Shown here: positions 20,901 to 30,579 of the stretch, piece after piece
Numbering within the stretch: the stretch's first letter is position 1
Layout of the letters: every line of letters starts with the position of its first letter
Origin: a bacterium
Lineage (GTDB): Bacteria; UBA8248
Assembly: GCA_965202625.1 (NCBI GenBank)
Contig: CBDBBI010000010.1
Location: 1,280,001 to 1,344,000 of the forward strand
DNA: 64,000 nucleotides
Reading direction: 5' to 3'
The notes under the pieces: model-generated
The model's database searches: none
What the model was told of the DNA's origin: nothing
Seen by the model: the letters and a program-made list of their open reading frames with translations, nothing else
Translations under genes and position numbers: made by a program

Positions 20901-22359
20901 GCAGCCGGACGGCGACGTGCGAGCCGGCTCCCTGGAAATTCTCGGCGCTGCGCAAACGCCCCTGCAAAAGCTGGTCAGGCCGCTGCGAAACCTCACCGGA
21001 CTGGAGGCGGAGCAGGTGAACGAAGAAAAGTCGTTAGACTTTCCGCTGAAAAACCTCGACATGGTCATCATGAATCCGCCTTTCACGAACAACACCCAGC
21101 GCAACCGCTATTTCAGTCCCCAGGCGGTCCGGCAAATGCAGCAGCACGAGGTGTGCCTGCGCGAGGAAGCCGAACAAAAAGATTCCGAAGTCCTGGGCGT
21201 CATCGACTCCAACAGCATCAGAACGTATTTCACGCCGCTTGCGGACGGTCTTTTGAGCCAACGGCGCGGCGTTCTGGCGAAGGTGATTCCCGCTACGGCC
21301 TGCGTCGGCGCCTCGGGGCTGGGCGAACGCCGGTTTTTGGCAAAACGTTTCCACGTGGAGCGCGTCATCACCTCGCACGATCCGCGGCGCATCAATTTTT
21401 CCGAGAACACTTCCATTCACGAGTGCCTGCTCATAGCCCGACGGAGAAATGGAAATGCGCCTCCGCCGACAGAATTTGTATCGCTGCGCAAAATGCCGGC
21501 GACGCCGGAGGATGCCCTCGCCGCCGCCGACGCCATCGCCGAGGGGCGTTCGTCAGAATGGGGACAAAGCGTTTTCTGGCCGGCTGAACGGATGGAGGCG
21601 GGAGATTGGACGCCGGTGCAGTGGTTTAACGGAACACTCGCGCGCGCGGTGCACGAACTGGAGAATTCCCCTCTGCTGGAACCGATTGGACGGCGCCATG
21701 AAATCGGCCCCGATGGACGAGGAATTCGCGGCGTATACGCGGAATGCGGAGAAGACGCGGCGGAAGCGGTTCCGGTTTTCTGGTCGATCGGCTCCAGAAT
21801 GCGCCGGACCATGCGCGGTGCGCCGGAAAGGTGGTGCCGCCCGAAACCCGGCAAGGAAGGTCTGGCGGAGAGATACTGGCGAATGCGCAGCCACGTTCTC
21901 ATCGCCCAGAAATACGACACCATCAGCGGTCGATTGACTGCGCTCTGGTCGCCGCAACCATCCATCGGGTCGGGCTGGGTGCCCATAGCCGTTTCAAACG
22001 AACACCGCGCGAAGGGGCTGGCCGCCTGGTGGAACGCGACGCCGGCACGACTCATGCTTCTGAACAGACGAAGCAAAAAGCTCACCTATCCCGCCTGGTC
22101 GCTCGCGCAGCTGCGCGACGTGCGGATTCCGAAACCAGACAATCCGGCCTGGGAGAGCCTGGCGGAGGCGTGGACGCGCGCCTGCGAGATGGAGCTTCTT
22201 CCCCTCCGACAAGCCCAGGAATGCCCGGCGCGGCGCATCATCGACGAGGCCGCCGCCCAGGCACTCGGTGCGCAAGCGGAGCAAATAAAGGGATGGAGGG
22301 AACTCCTGGCGAAAGAGCCGACCATCTCCAACGCCGCCGCTCCACCCAACCGCCAATGA
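17968..22359 (+). CDS. Type ISP-like single-polypeptide restriction-modification enzyme (Mrr-like nuclease + SF2 helicase + N6-adenine MTase)
   Basis: DIGIDLAA...IAIQCK nuclease; MACGTGKT, DEAH, MTATP, GEGVDVP, QAVGRVMR helicase; GAFYT, DPACGTG, MNPPF gamma-class MTase. Confidence 0.9.
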   Translation: MAMGGQLRLELRPGEFTVAQVLERIRRESRDEVEKGRWFENLVSLALRSNAEYEVSEVHRWADWPEREALTGLDGRDIGIDLAARHRDGSWIAIQCKCYAEDARVGKPQIDSFIAASQREPFRLRWIVATCRWTDRAEAEMERLTPALRRIDFLRHADDRISEEVVARPVQSPWPLQANAIDDVVVGLGNHDRGRLIMACGTGKTFTALRIAERIVPERGRILFLAPSIALVSQARREWLRHTTRKLVCLVVCSDATAGGRGENEDIRLSELECAVSSDSAEIAAMLAAQGDATRVVFSTYQSLRLITAAQRERGAPAFDLALMDEAHRTTGVDRAASDPEEEGGFQAVHRTDRLHSAKRLYMTATPRIYTARSRGALEKRGIETVDMNDLDVYGPELHRLPFTKAVDAEMLSDYRVIVLGVHEDLITPGLRSELVSLGEAQDDNRPVIVRPADMTRLIGTSLALNGMVEGRDVDRPGRLRKTIAFANSIARSRFFAKAMEHPQVRRATTTRMRRADADAESAMRLDSRHLDASHSALERSRALRALARADRDNTARLLCNVKLFGEGVDVPSLDAIVFMEPRNSQVEIVQAVGRVMRRSEGKRFGYIVVPVPIAPGEDIADALAQGADGYEALGRVLRALQAHDGRLAEDPLRFVQVYPTERVGGEGRNGDVSEQMTLDLESASEGLYAQVVAASGLGKPGLLVSQEIEYVVRTAARTFEQAEMQDALAEALGLPRNAEARSVCIIAALLLTNACLLHRRLCDVSGMSEIPTLNEVSRAKNVKDALRAAWRSIMDRDYAPVFEPALAVIDALPARQFTDHALRRIAECANGTADSLSALGYDHSGPLYHRILPTARSDGAFYTNHLSALMLARLAIDENFTDWSAPQAIGRLRIMDPACGTGTLLMAALHVIKTRAAEAQGLDEGQETELHRRLVEDVLCGLDINRHAVQLAACNLTLGAPTVDYRRMNLWTLKHGPQPDGDVRAGSLEILGAAQTPLQKLVRPLRNLTGLEAEQVNEEKSLDFPLKNLDMVIMNPPFTNNTQRNRYFSPQAVRQMQQHEVCLREEAEQKDSEVLGVIDSNSIRTYFTPLADGLLSQRRGVLAKVIPATACVGASGLGERRFLAKRFHVERVITSHDPRRINFSENTSIHECLLIARRRNGNAPPPTEFVSLRKMPATPEDALAAADAIAEGRSSEWGQSVFWPAERMEAGDWTPVQWFNGTLARAVHELENSPLLEPIGRRHEIGPDGRGIRGVYAECGEDAAEAVPVFWSIGSRMRRTMRGAPERWCRPKPGKEGLAERYWRMRSHVLIAQKYDTISGRLTALWSPQPSIGSGWVPIAVSNEHRAKGLAAWWNATPARLMLLNRRSKKLTYPAWSLAQLRDVRIPKPDNPAWESLAEAWTRACEMELLPLRQAQECPARRIIDEAAAQALGAQAEQIKGWRELLAKEPTISNAAAPPNRQ

Positions 22360-22621
22360 ATCCTCCCCACCCGACCCCCAGAAAGACGCGAAAACTGACG
22401 AAAATCTAAAAGCGCGTTCTCCGAAATCTCTCGTTCATTTCCCCTTTTCCAAAAATCATCCGCAGAGAAACGCGGCGCATCAAGCGCAATCGCGTTTGGA
22501 TTGCGAGGCGCAAGACGGCTATAATCCCCCCCTTTCACCGATGAGGCGCAGAGAATTTTCGGGCGGCGGGCAGCGCCGCTTCCCCCGCACCATCCTTAGA
22601 CGATTGAGGGAGAAACAAGAG

Positions 22622-24373
22622 ATGAGCGACTTCAAAACCGAGGACAGGGACGGAATGCGCATCGACTGGGACGTCCCCATCCCCATGGAGGACGGCGTCG
22701 CGCTGCGGTGCGACGTCTATCGGCCGCAGGATGCGGGGCGATATCCCGTCATCATGACCTACGGCCCTTATGGGAAATACCTCCACTTCGAGGATCTCTA
22801 CGAGACCTGCTGGACGCGCATGGTCGAGGAGCATCCGGACGTTCCGGCCGGCTCCACTAACAAATACCAGAACTGGGAGGTGGTGGACCCCGAGAAATGG
22901 GTTCCCGACGGCTACGCGGTCGTTCGCGTGGATTCGAGAGGGGCGGGCCGCTCGCCCGGCGTCATCGATATCTGGTCGGCGCGCGAGGCGCAGGATTTCT
23001 ACCAGTGCATCGAATGGGCGGCCGTCCAGCCCTGGAGCACGGGCAAGGTCGGGCTGAACGGCATCTCCTACTACGGCATGAACCAGTGGCAGGTGGGCGC
23101 GCTCCAGCCCCCGCACCTGAGCGCGATGTGCGTCTGGGAGGGTGCCGCCGACTTCTATCGGGACATGGCCCACCACGGCGGCATCTTTTGCAACGGGTTC
23201 GCGCGCAACTGGCCCGAGATGCAGGTCTATAGCGTTCAGCACGGGCGCGGCAGGCGCGGCTTCAAGAGCCGCTTCACGGGCGACTGGGTGTCCGGCCCCC
23301 CCACCCTCACGGAGGAGGAGCTCGGAGCGAACCGCAACGACTTCGGAGAGGATTGCTTCTCCCACAAGCTCGACACCGCCGACTACTGGCAATCGAGAAT
23401 GCCCGATTTCGGGAAAATTCAGGTCCCCCTTCTCTCCTCCGCCAACTGGGGCGGGCAGGGGCTTCACCCGCGCGGAAACTTTGAGGGCTTTCTGGAGACG
23501 GGATGCGCGGAGAAGTGGCTGGAGGTTCACGGCATCGAGCACTGGACGGAGTTCTACACCGACTACGGCGTCAACATGCAGAAAAAATTCTTCGGCCGCT
23601 ACCTCAAGGGAGAGGACACAGGCTGGGAAGATCAGCCTCGGGTACTGCTCCAGGTGCGCCATCCCGGCGAGCGGTTCGTCGAGCGGGACGAGAACGAATG
23701 GCCCCTGGCGCGCACGCAGTGGACGAAATACTACCTGAACGCGAAGACGCAGACCCTGGAGACCGACCCGGCAGCCGAGGCGGCGACGACCACCTACGCG
23801 GGCTTCAGCGAGGGGGTCACCTTCCTCACGCCGCCGATCTCGCAACAGACGGAGCTCACCGGCCCGATGGCCGCCCGGCTCTTCGTCTCCTCCGAGTCGA
23901 GAGACGCCGACCTGTTTCTGGTCGTTCGCGTATTCTCGCCCCATATGGAGGAGGTCGTGTTTCAGGGCGCACTCGACCCGCACACCCCCATCGCCCAGGG
24001 CTGGCTTCGGGCGTCGCATCGAAAGCTCGACGTGGAGAAATCCCTGCCCTACCGGCCCTACCACGCCCACGACGAGGAGCAGCCGCTGACGCCGGGGACG
24101 GTCTATCAACTCGACGTGGAGATATGGCCCACCTGTATCGCCGTTCCGAAGGGCTACCGAATCGCCCTCACCGTGCGCGGAAAGGACTACGAATACCCCG
24201 GCGGGGCGGGAGGCGGCCTCTCCAACATGAAAAACGAGTTCACCGGCTGCGGCTGCTTCGTTCACAACGACCCGAAGGACAGGCCCGCCGACGTTTTCGG
24301 GAAAAACGTCACCCTCCACTGCGGCGGAGAGCACGAGGCGTATCTCATGCTGCCGGTGATTCCCGAGAGATAG
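22622..24373 (+). CDS. CocE/NonD family hydrolase
   Basis: IPMEDGVALRCDVYRP, VDSRGAGRSPG, GISYYG nucleophile elbow, GWLRASHR C-terminal domain. Confidence 0.92.
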   Translation: MSDFKTEDRDGMRIDWDVPIPMEDGVALRCDVYRPQDAGRYPVIMTYGPYGKYLHFEDLYETCWTRMVEEHPDVPAGSTNKYQNWEVVDPEKWVPDGYAVVRVDSRGAGRSPGVIDIWSAREAQDFYQCIEWAAVQPWSTGKVGLNGISYYGMNQWQVGALQPPHLSAMCVWEGAADFYRDMAHHGGIFCNGFARNWPEMQVYSVQHGRGRRGFKSRFTGDWVSGPPTLTEEELGANRNDFGEDCFSHKLDTADYWQSRMPDFGKIQVPLLSSANWGGQGLHPRGNFEGFLETGCAEKWLEVHGIEHWTEFYTDYGVNMQKKFFGRYLKGEDTGWEDQPRVLLQVRHPGERFVERDENEWPLARTQWTKYYLNAKTQTLETDPAAEAATTTYAGFSEGVTFLTPPISQQTELTGPMAARLFVSSESRDADLFLVVRVFSPHMEEVVFQGALDPHTPIAQGWLRASHRKLDVEKSLPYRPYHAHDEEQPLTPGTVYQLDVEIWPTCIAVPKGYRIALTVRGKDYEYPGGAGGGLSNMKNEFTGCGCFVHNDPKDRPADVFGKNVTLHCGGEHEAYLMLPVIPER

Positions 24374-24437
24374 GACGGACGCATTACCGAGGCGCGCGCC
24401 CTGGACACGCTGCCCTCACACGGGAGAATGAGAACAA

Positions 24438-26207
24438 ATGAGCGACATTGACCTCAGCGCGGACCCCCAATACCGAAGCGAGAGGCGCGACGGCTTTCTT
24501 ATCGAGTGGGACGTCCCCATCCATATGGACGACGGCCTCGTCCTGCGGGCGAACGTCTATCGGCCGGACGATGGGGGACGCTATCCCGCCATTCTGAGCT
24601 ACGGCCCCTACGCCAAGGACCTCGCCTGGCAGGACGGCTACGAGACGGCGTGGCAGCTGTTCTCCACCGCGCATCCCGACGCCATCACCGGCTCATCAAA
24701 CGTTCACCAGAGCTGGGAGGTGGTGGACCCCGAAAAATGGGTTCCGGATGGCTACGCCTGCGTGCGCGTGGACTCCCGGGGGGCAGGCCGCTCGCCAGGC
24801 TACATCGACCACTTCTCCATGCGCGAGACGAGGGACTTCGCCCTCTGCATTGACTGGGCGGGCGTTCAGCCCTGGTGCAACGGCAAAGTGGGCCTCACGG
24901 GCATCTCCTATTACGCCATCAACCAATGGCACGTGGCGGGGCTGAACCCCGCGCACCTGGCAGCCATGTGCGTCTGGGAGGGAGCGGCGGACTTCTACCG
25001 CGACATGAGCCATCAAGGCGGCATTCTCACCACGTTTCTCGCCAACTGGTACGACATGCAGGTGAAGAGCGTCCAGCACGGACTGGGGGAGAGGGGGCCC
25101 AGAAGCCGCGCACACGGCGGCCTGGCCTGCGGCCCCGATACGCTGAGCGAGGATGGGCTCGCGAAAAACCGATCCGACTACGGCGGAGAGATACGCGCAC
25201 ACGCCCTCGACGACGACTGGCACCGGGAGCGTTCCGCCCAGTGGGAGAAGATCACCGCCCCCTTCATCTCGGCGGCGAGCTGGGGCGGACAGGGACTCCA
25301 CCCGAGGGGAAACTACGAGGGCTTCATGCGCGCGGCGTCCCAGGAGAAATGGCTGGAGGTGCACGGCTTCGAGCACTGGACGGAATTCTACACCCCTTAC
25401 GGAGAGCGGCTGCAGAAGCAGTTTTTCGGCCATTATCTCAAGGGCGAGGACAACGGATGGAAGGAGCGGCCTCCCGTCCTGCTCAAGGTGCGGCACGTGG
25501 GCGAGAAATTCGTCGAGCGCGCGGAGAACGAATGGCCGCTCGCGCGCACACAATGGACGAAATTCCACCTGAACCCGGCCCACATGAGCCTGGACGCCGC
25601 CCCGCCCGACGCAGAGTGCGATATCGCCTACGCCGGCATGGGCGATGGCGTCACCTTCCTGCTGCCTCCCCTGAGTGAGGAGACGGAGATCACCGGGCCG
25701 ATCGCCTCAAAGCTCTTCGTCTCCTCCGAGACTGAGGATGCGGACCTGTTTCTGGTGGTGCGCCTCTTCACGCCCGACATGAAGGAGATCACCTTTCAGG
25801 GCACGCTCGACCCCAACACCCCCATCGCCCAGGGCTGGCTCAGGGCGTCGCACCGAAAGCTCGTCCCTGAACTCTCCACGGAGTGGAAGCCCTATCAAGC
25901 CCACGATGAGAGGCAACCCCTCACGCCCGGGCAGATATACGAGCTCGACGTGGAGGTTTGGCCCACCTGCATCGTGATCCCCGCCGGCTATCGCCTCGCC
26001 CTCAGCGTGCGCGGCAAGGATTATGAATACAGCTGCGCCACCACGCACAGGCTCTCGAACATGAAAAACGTGTTCAGGGGATGCGGGCCGTTTCTGCACG
26101 ACGACCCCGCCGACAGGCCGGAGGAGATTTTTGGCAAGAACGTGACACTCCACTGCGGGCCGCAGTATCCCTCCTACCTGATGCTGCCGGTGGTTCCGAC
26201 CAGGTAG
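24438..26207 (+). CDS. CocE/NonD family hydrolase, tandem paralog
   Basis: Same motifs (GISYYA, GWLRASHR) and collinear with the preceding gene. Confidence 0.92.
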   Translation: MSDIDLSADPQYRSERRDGFLIEWDVPIHMDDGLVLRANVYRPDDGGRYPAILSYGPYAKDLAWQDGYETAWQLFSTAHPDAITGSSNVHQSWEVVDPEKWVPDGYACVRVDSRGAGRSPGYIDHFSMRETRDFALCIDWAGVQPWCNGKVGLTGISYYAINQWHVAGLNPAHLAAMCVWEGAADFYRDMSHQGGILTTFLANWYDMQVKSVQHGLGERGPRSRAHGGLACGPDTLSEDGLAKNRSDYGGEIRAHALDDDWHRERSAQWEKITAPFISAASWGGQGLHPRGNYEGFMRAASQEKWLEVHGFEHWTEFYTPYGERLQKQFFGHYLKGEDNGWKERPPVLLKVRHVGEKFVERAENEWPLARTQWTKFHLNPAHMSLDAAPPDAECDIAYAGMGDGVTFLLPPLSEETEITGPIASKLFVSSETEDADLFLVVRLFTPDMKEITFQGTLDPNTPIAQGWLRASHRKLVPELSTEWKPYQAHDERQPLTPGQIYELDVEVWPTCIVIPAGYRLALSVRGKDYEYSCATTHRLSNMKNVFRGCGPFLHDDPADRPEEIFGKNVTLHCGPQYPSYLMLPVVPTR

Positions 26208-26263
26208 CGCGCCTCCGAGAAAAAACGAGCGCGCGCCGACGTCAAGAGCGGCGAGGAGCCGAT

Positions 26264-26364
26264 GACGCCCTCGCTCCCATCACGCTCGACGACCTGCTTT
26301 GAGGGACTTTTGCAACGCCCTTGCACGGCTTTTTTTCGAGCGGTTTACGCACCGAAAAACGGCC
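26264..26364 (+). repeat. Dispersed direct repeat, copy A (pairs with 44157-44257)
   Basis: 101 bp with 8 mismatches to copy B by manual alignment; includes a gene 3' end (DALAPITLDDLL-stop) and GACTTTTGCAACGCCCT. Confidence 0.9.
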
Positions 26365-26509
26365 GATTCTGCAGAGTATTTTGCCTCGAAAATCCGTTAT
26401 CTCTTCAGGGCGTTCACAATTATTTTTGTTTGGCTACAAAGAAGCCCGATTCATGGGCGGCGGCGCATCACAGTCTTCAGCCGAACCTCGGCGCATATGC
26501 GGAAAATAC

Positions 26510-28156
26510 CTATGCGTCCCACGTGACGCGCGCGCCCACCTCCCGCTCCCGCGCGAGGAGCGCGCCGTCCTCCCCCATCTTGACAAACACGTTCACACGC
26601 CAGCGCGCGTCGTCCTCCTTCGGGTGATCGAGGCGAAAGTGCGCGCCTCGGCTCTCGGTCCGAAGCAGCGCCGCCTCCACGACCGTTCGCGCGCTCAGGC
26701 AGACGTTCTCCGCCTCAATGGCCTCCAGCAGGCGAACGGGCTCCTCGCCGCCGCACGTCGTCAAATCGCGCTGAATCCGCACGAGCGCGGCTTGTGCCTC
26801 GGCGAGCAGTTTCTCCTCGCGCGCAATGCCCACGTTCTCCCAGCAAACCTTCTTGATCGCACGCATCGCGTCCACCGAGCGATTTGGTGGTCTGTTCATG
26901 CGCGCGGCGAGCGCGTGCTCGTGGCGCTTCCAGGGGGCGAGGTTCACTGCCGCGCCATTCGCGCGACGCGCGTGCCGAGCGGCAGCCTTTCCCGCACGCC
27001 AGCCCAGCGTATGGGCTTCGGTGAACGCGTTGTTGGAGAGGCGATTGGCCCCGTGTGCGCCCGCGCTCACCTCTCCCGCCGCGAACAAGCCGCGCATTCC
27101 CGTCGCACCGCTTCCGTCAATCGGAACCCCGCCCATGAAAAAATGCGCTTTGGGGGAAACGTAGATTTCGCTGCTGTGGGGCGAAACGCCCCTTCTGGCG
27201 AACAGTTTCAGATTGTCAGGCGCAAAATGCTCCAGATCCTCCAGGGAGATGTGGGACAAGTCCATCTGCACGGCGTCGTCCACCCCGCCTCCTTGCATAA
27301 TTTCAAGATAAATCGCCCGCGCCATGAGGTCGCGCGTAGCGTCCCCGCCTCCGGGGACGTCCTTCATGATGTCCTCCCCGTATCGATTCAGAAACCGCGC
27401 GCCGAGCGGAAACAGGGTCGGCGATACCACCATGTTGCTCTCGGGCCGCTTGATGACGGCGGGGTAGAACTGAACGAACTCCATGTCGGAAAGCGCGAGG
27501 CCGGCCCTCAGCGCCATTCCATAGCCATCTCCTGTGATACCGCCCGCGTTCGTATTCTCGGCGAACATCTGCCCCGCCCCTCCGGTGGCCAACACGGTGG
27601 CGCCAGCGCGCACGGAGCAAACCTCGCCACTCCTCGTATGAAAGCCGATGACGCCCCTGCAAGCGCCTTCATACACGATCAGGTCAACAGCCATGACGTT
27701 TTCCAGAATACGCGCGCCGTCGGCGTCCAGTTTTCGGCGCAGCGGCCTCGCCACCTCCACGCCCCAGTTTCTCACCGGATAAATGCCGCGGTCTTGCCTG
27801 TGCCCCCCCTGGGGGTGGAGGTCGAACGCGCCGTCCTCGCGCGTGATGAAGGGAACCCCCCATCCGTAGAGGTCGCGAATCCGGGCGGCGGAATCCTCGC
27901 ACATCGTGCGGGCGACGTCTGGATGATTCAGATGCGCGCCTCCCGCCAGCGTGTCCTCCAGGAAAAGCCCCGCGCTGTCGGCAGGGGCAAAGTTGGCCGA
28001 ATGTCCCGCGCGGGCCATAACGATGTTGCCGGAGTTTCCGGGGGATTGCTTACAAAACAAGAGCGTATCCGCGCCACTTTCCATCGCGGAGATGGTGGTC
28101 GTCATGGCAGCGGGGCCGCCGCCCAAGACCAAAACGTCGCAAGAGAGATTCTGCAT
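26510..28156 (-). CDS. FAD-dependent oxidoreductase, SdhA/FrdA/NadB flavoprotein family
   Basis: DVLVLGGGPA, LATGGAG, MEFVQFYP, TRDLMAR, HFFMGG, GAHGANRL, RTESRGAHFR. Confidence 0.9.
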   Translation of the reverse strand: MQNLSCDVLVLGGGPAAMTTTISAMESGADTLLFCKQSPGNSGNIVMARAGHSANFAPADSAGLFLEDTLAGGAHLNHPDVARTMCEDSAARIRDLYGWGVPFITREDGAFDLHPQGGHRQDRGIYPVRNWGVEVARPLRRKLDADGARILENVMAVDLIVYEGACRGVIGFHTRSGEVCSVRAGATVLATGGAGQMFAENTNAGGITGDGYGMALRAGLALSDMEFVQFYPAVIKRPESNMVVSPTLFPLGARFLNRYGEDIMKDVPGGGDATRDLMARAIYLEIMQGGGVDDAVQMDLSHISLEDLEHFAPDNLKLFARRGVSPHSSEIYVSPKAHFFMGGVPIDGSGATGMRGLFAAGEVSAGAHGANRLSNNAFTEAHTLGWRAGKAAARHARRANGAAVNLAPWKRHEHALAARMNRPPNRSVDAMRAIKKVCWENVGIAREEKLLAEAQAALVRIQRDLTTCGGEEPVRLLEAIEAENVCLSARTVVEAALLRTESRGAHFRLDHPKEDDARWRVNVFVKMGEDGALLAREREVGARVTWDA

Positions 28157-28308
28157 GAAAGAACCCTAGCGTTTTAGGCGAGTTTCAGAAAATTCAGAAA
28201 AAGAGAAAGACTTTGTCGCCCCTTCCGACACCCTCCGCTCTCCTCGCGCACTCCCTTGGAACTGATCGGAAAGCCGCTGGTTCGCGCACCGCCCAAGCGG
28301 TGCTTGTT

Positions 28309-30579
28309 TCATTTCCTCGCTTCATCAATCGCCTCCAGCACGCGCTCGGGGCTGATAGGCAGGCTACGGATTCGCGCCCCGCCCGTCGCGTGATAGATGG
28401 CGTTGCAGATCGCCGCAGTAATCGGGTTTATCGCCACCTCGGCCAACCCCTTGGCGCCATAGGGTCCGTAAGGATCCATCGACTCAAAAAAATCATGCGC
28501 AATCGGCGGGGCATCCATAGAGGTGGCAATAAGATAATCGTGAAAATTCCGCCCTCGCAGATGCCCCTCCAACGGTGCGAGAGCCTCCATCATCGCATAG
28601 CTCATCCCCTGAACCGCGCCGCCCTCCACCTGTCCCTCTGCGCCCAGCCTGTTAATCACGCGGCCCGGATCATGCCCGCAACAGATTTGCAGGACAGAGA
28701 CGATTCCCGTCTCCATGTCCACCTCCACCTCGGCAGCGTGGGTGCTGAAAGAATACGTGGTCGAGGGGTTTCCGTATTTTTCCTTATCCAGAACGTCGCC
28801 TCCGGCCAGCCATTTTCCATGACCTTCAATTATCCTTCCCCCCCGCTTGACCACTTCGCCCACCGACATTCTCCGTTCAGGGAGTGCTTTCGCCTGGATC
28901 TCCCCTTCGACGATATCGAGTTCATCCGCAGGAATTTCCATGAGTTCCGCCGCTGCGTCCAGCAGATTCTCGCGCGCATCCTGTGCGGCACGCTTTACAG
29001 CGTTTCCGCCAATCAAAGTGATGCGGCTGGCGAACGCCCCCATGCCGAAAGGCATGTAACCCGTATCCGTGGGCGGCACCCTGAACCGGCTCACGGGAAT
29101 ATCCATCACTTCCGAGGCGATATACGCCATCACGCTCGTGGCGCCCTGCCCCAAGTCTGACTCGCCCGACCAGATTTCAACCCTTCCTCCCTCATCAATC
29201 CGCACCACGCCGCTCGATGGATCCGTGTCATCCGGTCCCAGCTCCGCCGAGAAGCCCTTGTTCCCCGAAACGTGAATGCAGCTGGCCAGACCCACGCCAC
29301 GCCCCCTTCCCCCCCGGGCGCGCTTGGCCTTCCAGTCGATCTTGTCCACCACATATCTCGTGGCGTCGGCCACGGCGCAACTCGCTATATTCCAACCGTG
29401 GAGCGAGACGTCGCCCTTCTCGGTATAGTTATTCAAACGCAGCTCCGCCGGATCCATCCCCAGACCATCGGCTACGTTGTCGAGGTGACTCTCCCAGGCA
29501 TAAGTTGCCTGCACGTTTCCAAAACCTCGCATCTGGCCCGATGGAATGACGTTCGTATAGACGAGCCTCCCCTCAATCTCCACAGCAGGCGTCCTGTAGA
29601 GGTTATCCGTTCTCAACGCGATGGAGCTCATGATGGCTGGAGAAAGAGAACTATAAGCGCCGTTCTCCGCCACGATTCGGACGCGCTTGCCGGCAAGCGC
29701 GCCATCACGCTTCCAAGCGGATTCCAGAGAGATGTGCACGGGCATCCTCGGGCGCATGGCAATTAAATCTTCCTCTAGGCTCAGTATGAACTTGACCGGC
29801 TTCTCCCCCGCCTGGCTCAGCATCGCCGCCATGAGCGCCGCTTTCACGTCCAATTTTCCGCCAAAAGCGCCGCCCGGTTTGGTTTGCGTCACGCGAAAAT
29901 CATCCGCGGACATACCCATAACGGGCGCGAGCATGAAAGTTCGAATCAAGAACACCGACTGCAAACAACCCCAAAGAGAAATCTTCCCGTCAGGATGCCA
30001 TTGCGCAGCACAGCCCGTGGGTTCGATATAGGCCTGGTGCGCAAGATGGGTGTGAAATTCGTCTGCAAACCTGACGTCGGCCGCATGGAACGCCTCGTCT
30101 ATCTCACCACGCTTGATATGGAACTGGTTCGCGATGTTTGCAGCGACGGAATCATGGACGAGAGGTGAGTTCGGCCCCTGTGCCTCAAAAGGGTCTGCGA
30201 CCGTGGGCAAAATTTCATATTCCACGCGAATGAGCGAAAGCGCCTCGCGCGCCGTCTCCTCGTCCACAGCCGCCACGGCGGCGACTTCATCCCCCACATA
30301 ACGCGCCTTCTCCCGGCAAAACGCGGTTTCATCTTTGTGATTGATGCCAAAGGGAGCATTCGGCGTGTTGTTCCTGGAAAGAACAACGGCGACGCCCGAC
30401 AAATTCTCCGCATCCGAGGTGTCAACATCCAGTATTCTGGCGTGAGGATGGGGACTTCGCAGCGCTATGCCAGTGAGTGCGCCTGGAAGATCCAAATCGT
30501 TGATGAATATCGTGGCGCCGGAGGCTTTCTCCGCAGCGTCAATCATAGGATACGGCTGGCCTACGACGCGCGCGATCAT
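28309..30579 (-). CDS. Xanthine dehydrogenase-family molybdopterin-binding large subunit
   Basis: RSPHPHARI, HQAYIEP, GGAFGGK, MRGFG, DLGQG, GQVEGG, GAKGLAE; start overlaps the upstream stop (ATGA). Confidence 0.93.
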   Translation of the reverse strand: MIARVVGQPYPMIDAAEKASGATIFINDLDLPGALTGIALRSPHPHARILDVDTSDAENLSGVAVVLSRNNTPNAPFGINHKDETAFCREKARYVGDEVAAVAAVDEETAREALSLIRVEYEILPTVADPFEAQGPNSPLVHDSVAANIANQFHIKRGEIDEAFHAADVRFADEFHTHLAHQAYIEPTGCAAQWHPDGKISLWGCLQSVFLIRTFMLAPVMGMSADDFRVTQTKPGGAFGGKLDVKAALMAAMLSQAGEKPVKFILSLEEDLIAMRPRMPVHISLESAWKRDGALAGKRVRIVAENGAYSSLSPAIMSSIALRTDNLYRTPAVEIEGRLVYTNVIPSGQMRGFGNVQATYAWESHLDNVADGLGMDPAELRLNNYTEKGDVSLHGWNIASCAVADATRYVVDKIDWKAKRARGGRGRGVGLASCIHVSGNKGFSAELGPDDTDPSSGVVRIDEGGRVEIWSGESDLGQGATSVMAYIASEVMDIPVSRFRVPPTDTGYMPFGMGAFASRITLIGGNAVKRAAQDARENLLDAAAELMEIPADELDIVEGEIQAKALPERRMSVGEVVKRGGRIIEGHGKWLAGGDVLDKEKYGNPSTTYSFSTHAAEVEVDMETGIVSVLQICCGHDPGRVINRLGAEGQVEGGAVQGMSYAMMEALAPLEGHLRGRNFHDYLIATSMDAPPIAHDFFESMDPYGPYGAKGLAEVAINPITAAICNAIYHATGGARIRSLPISPERVLEAIDEARK

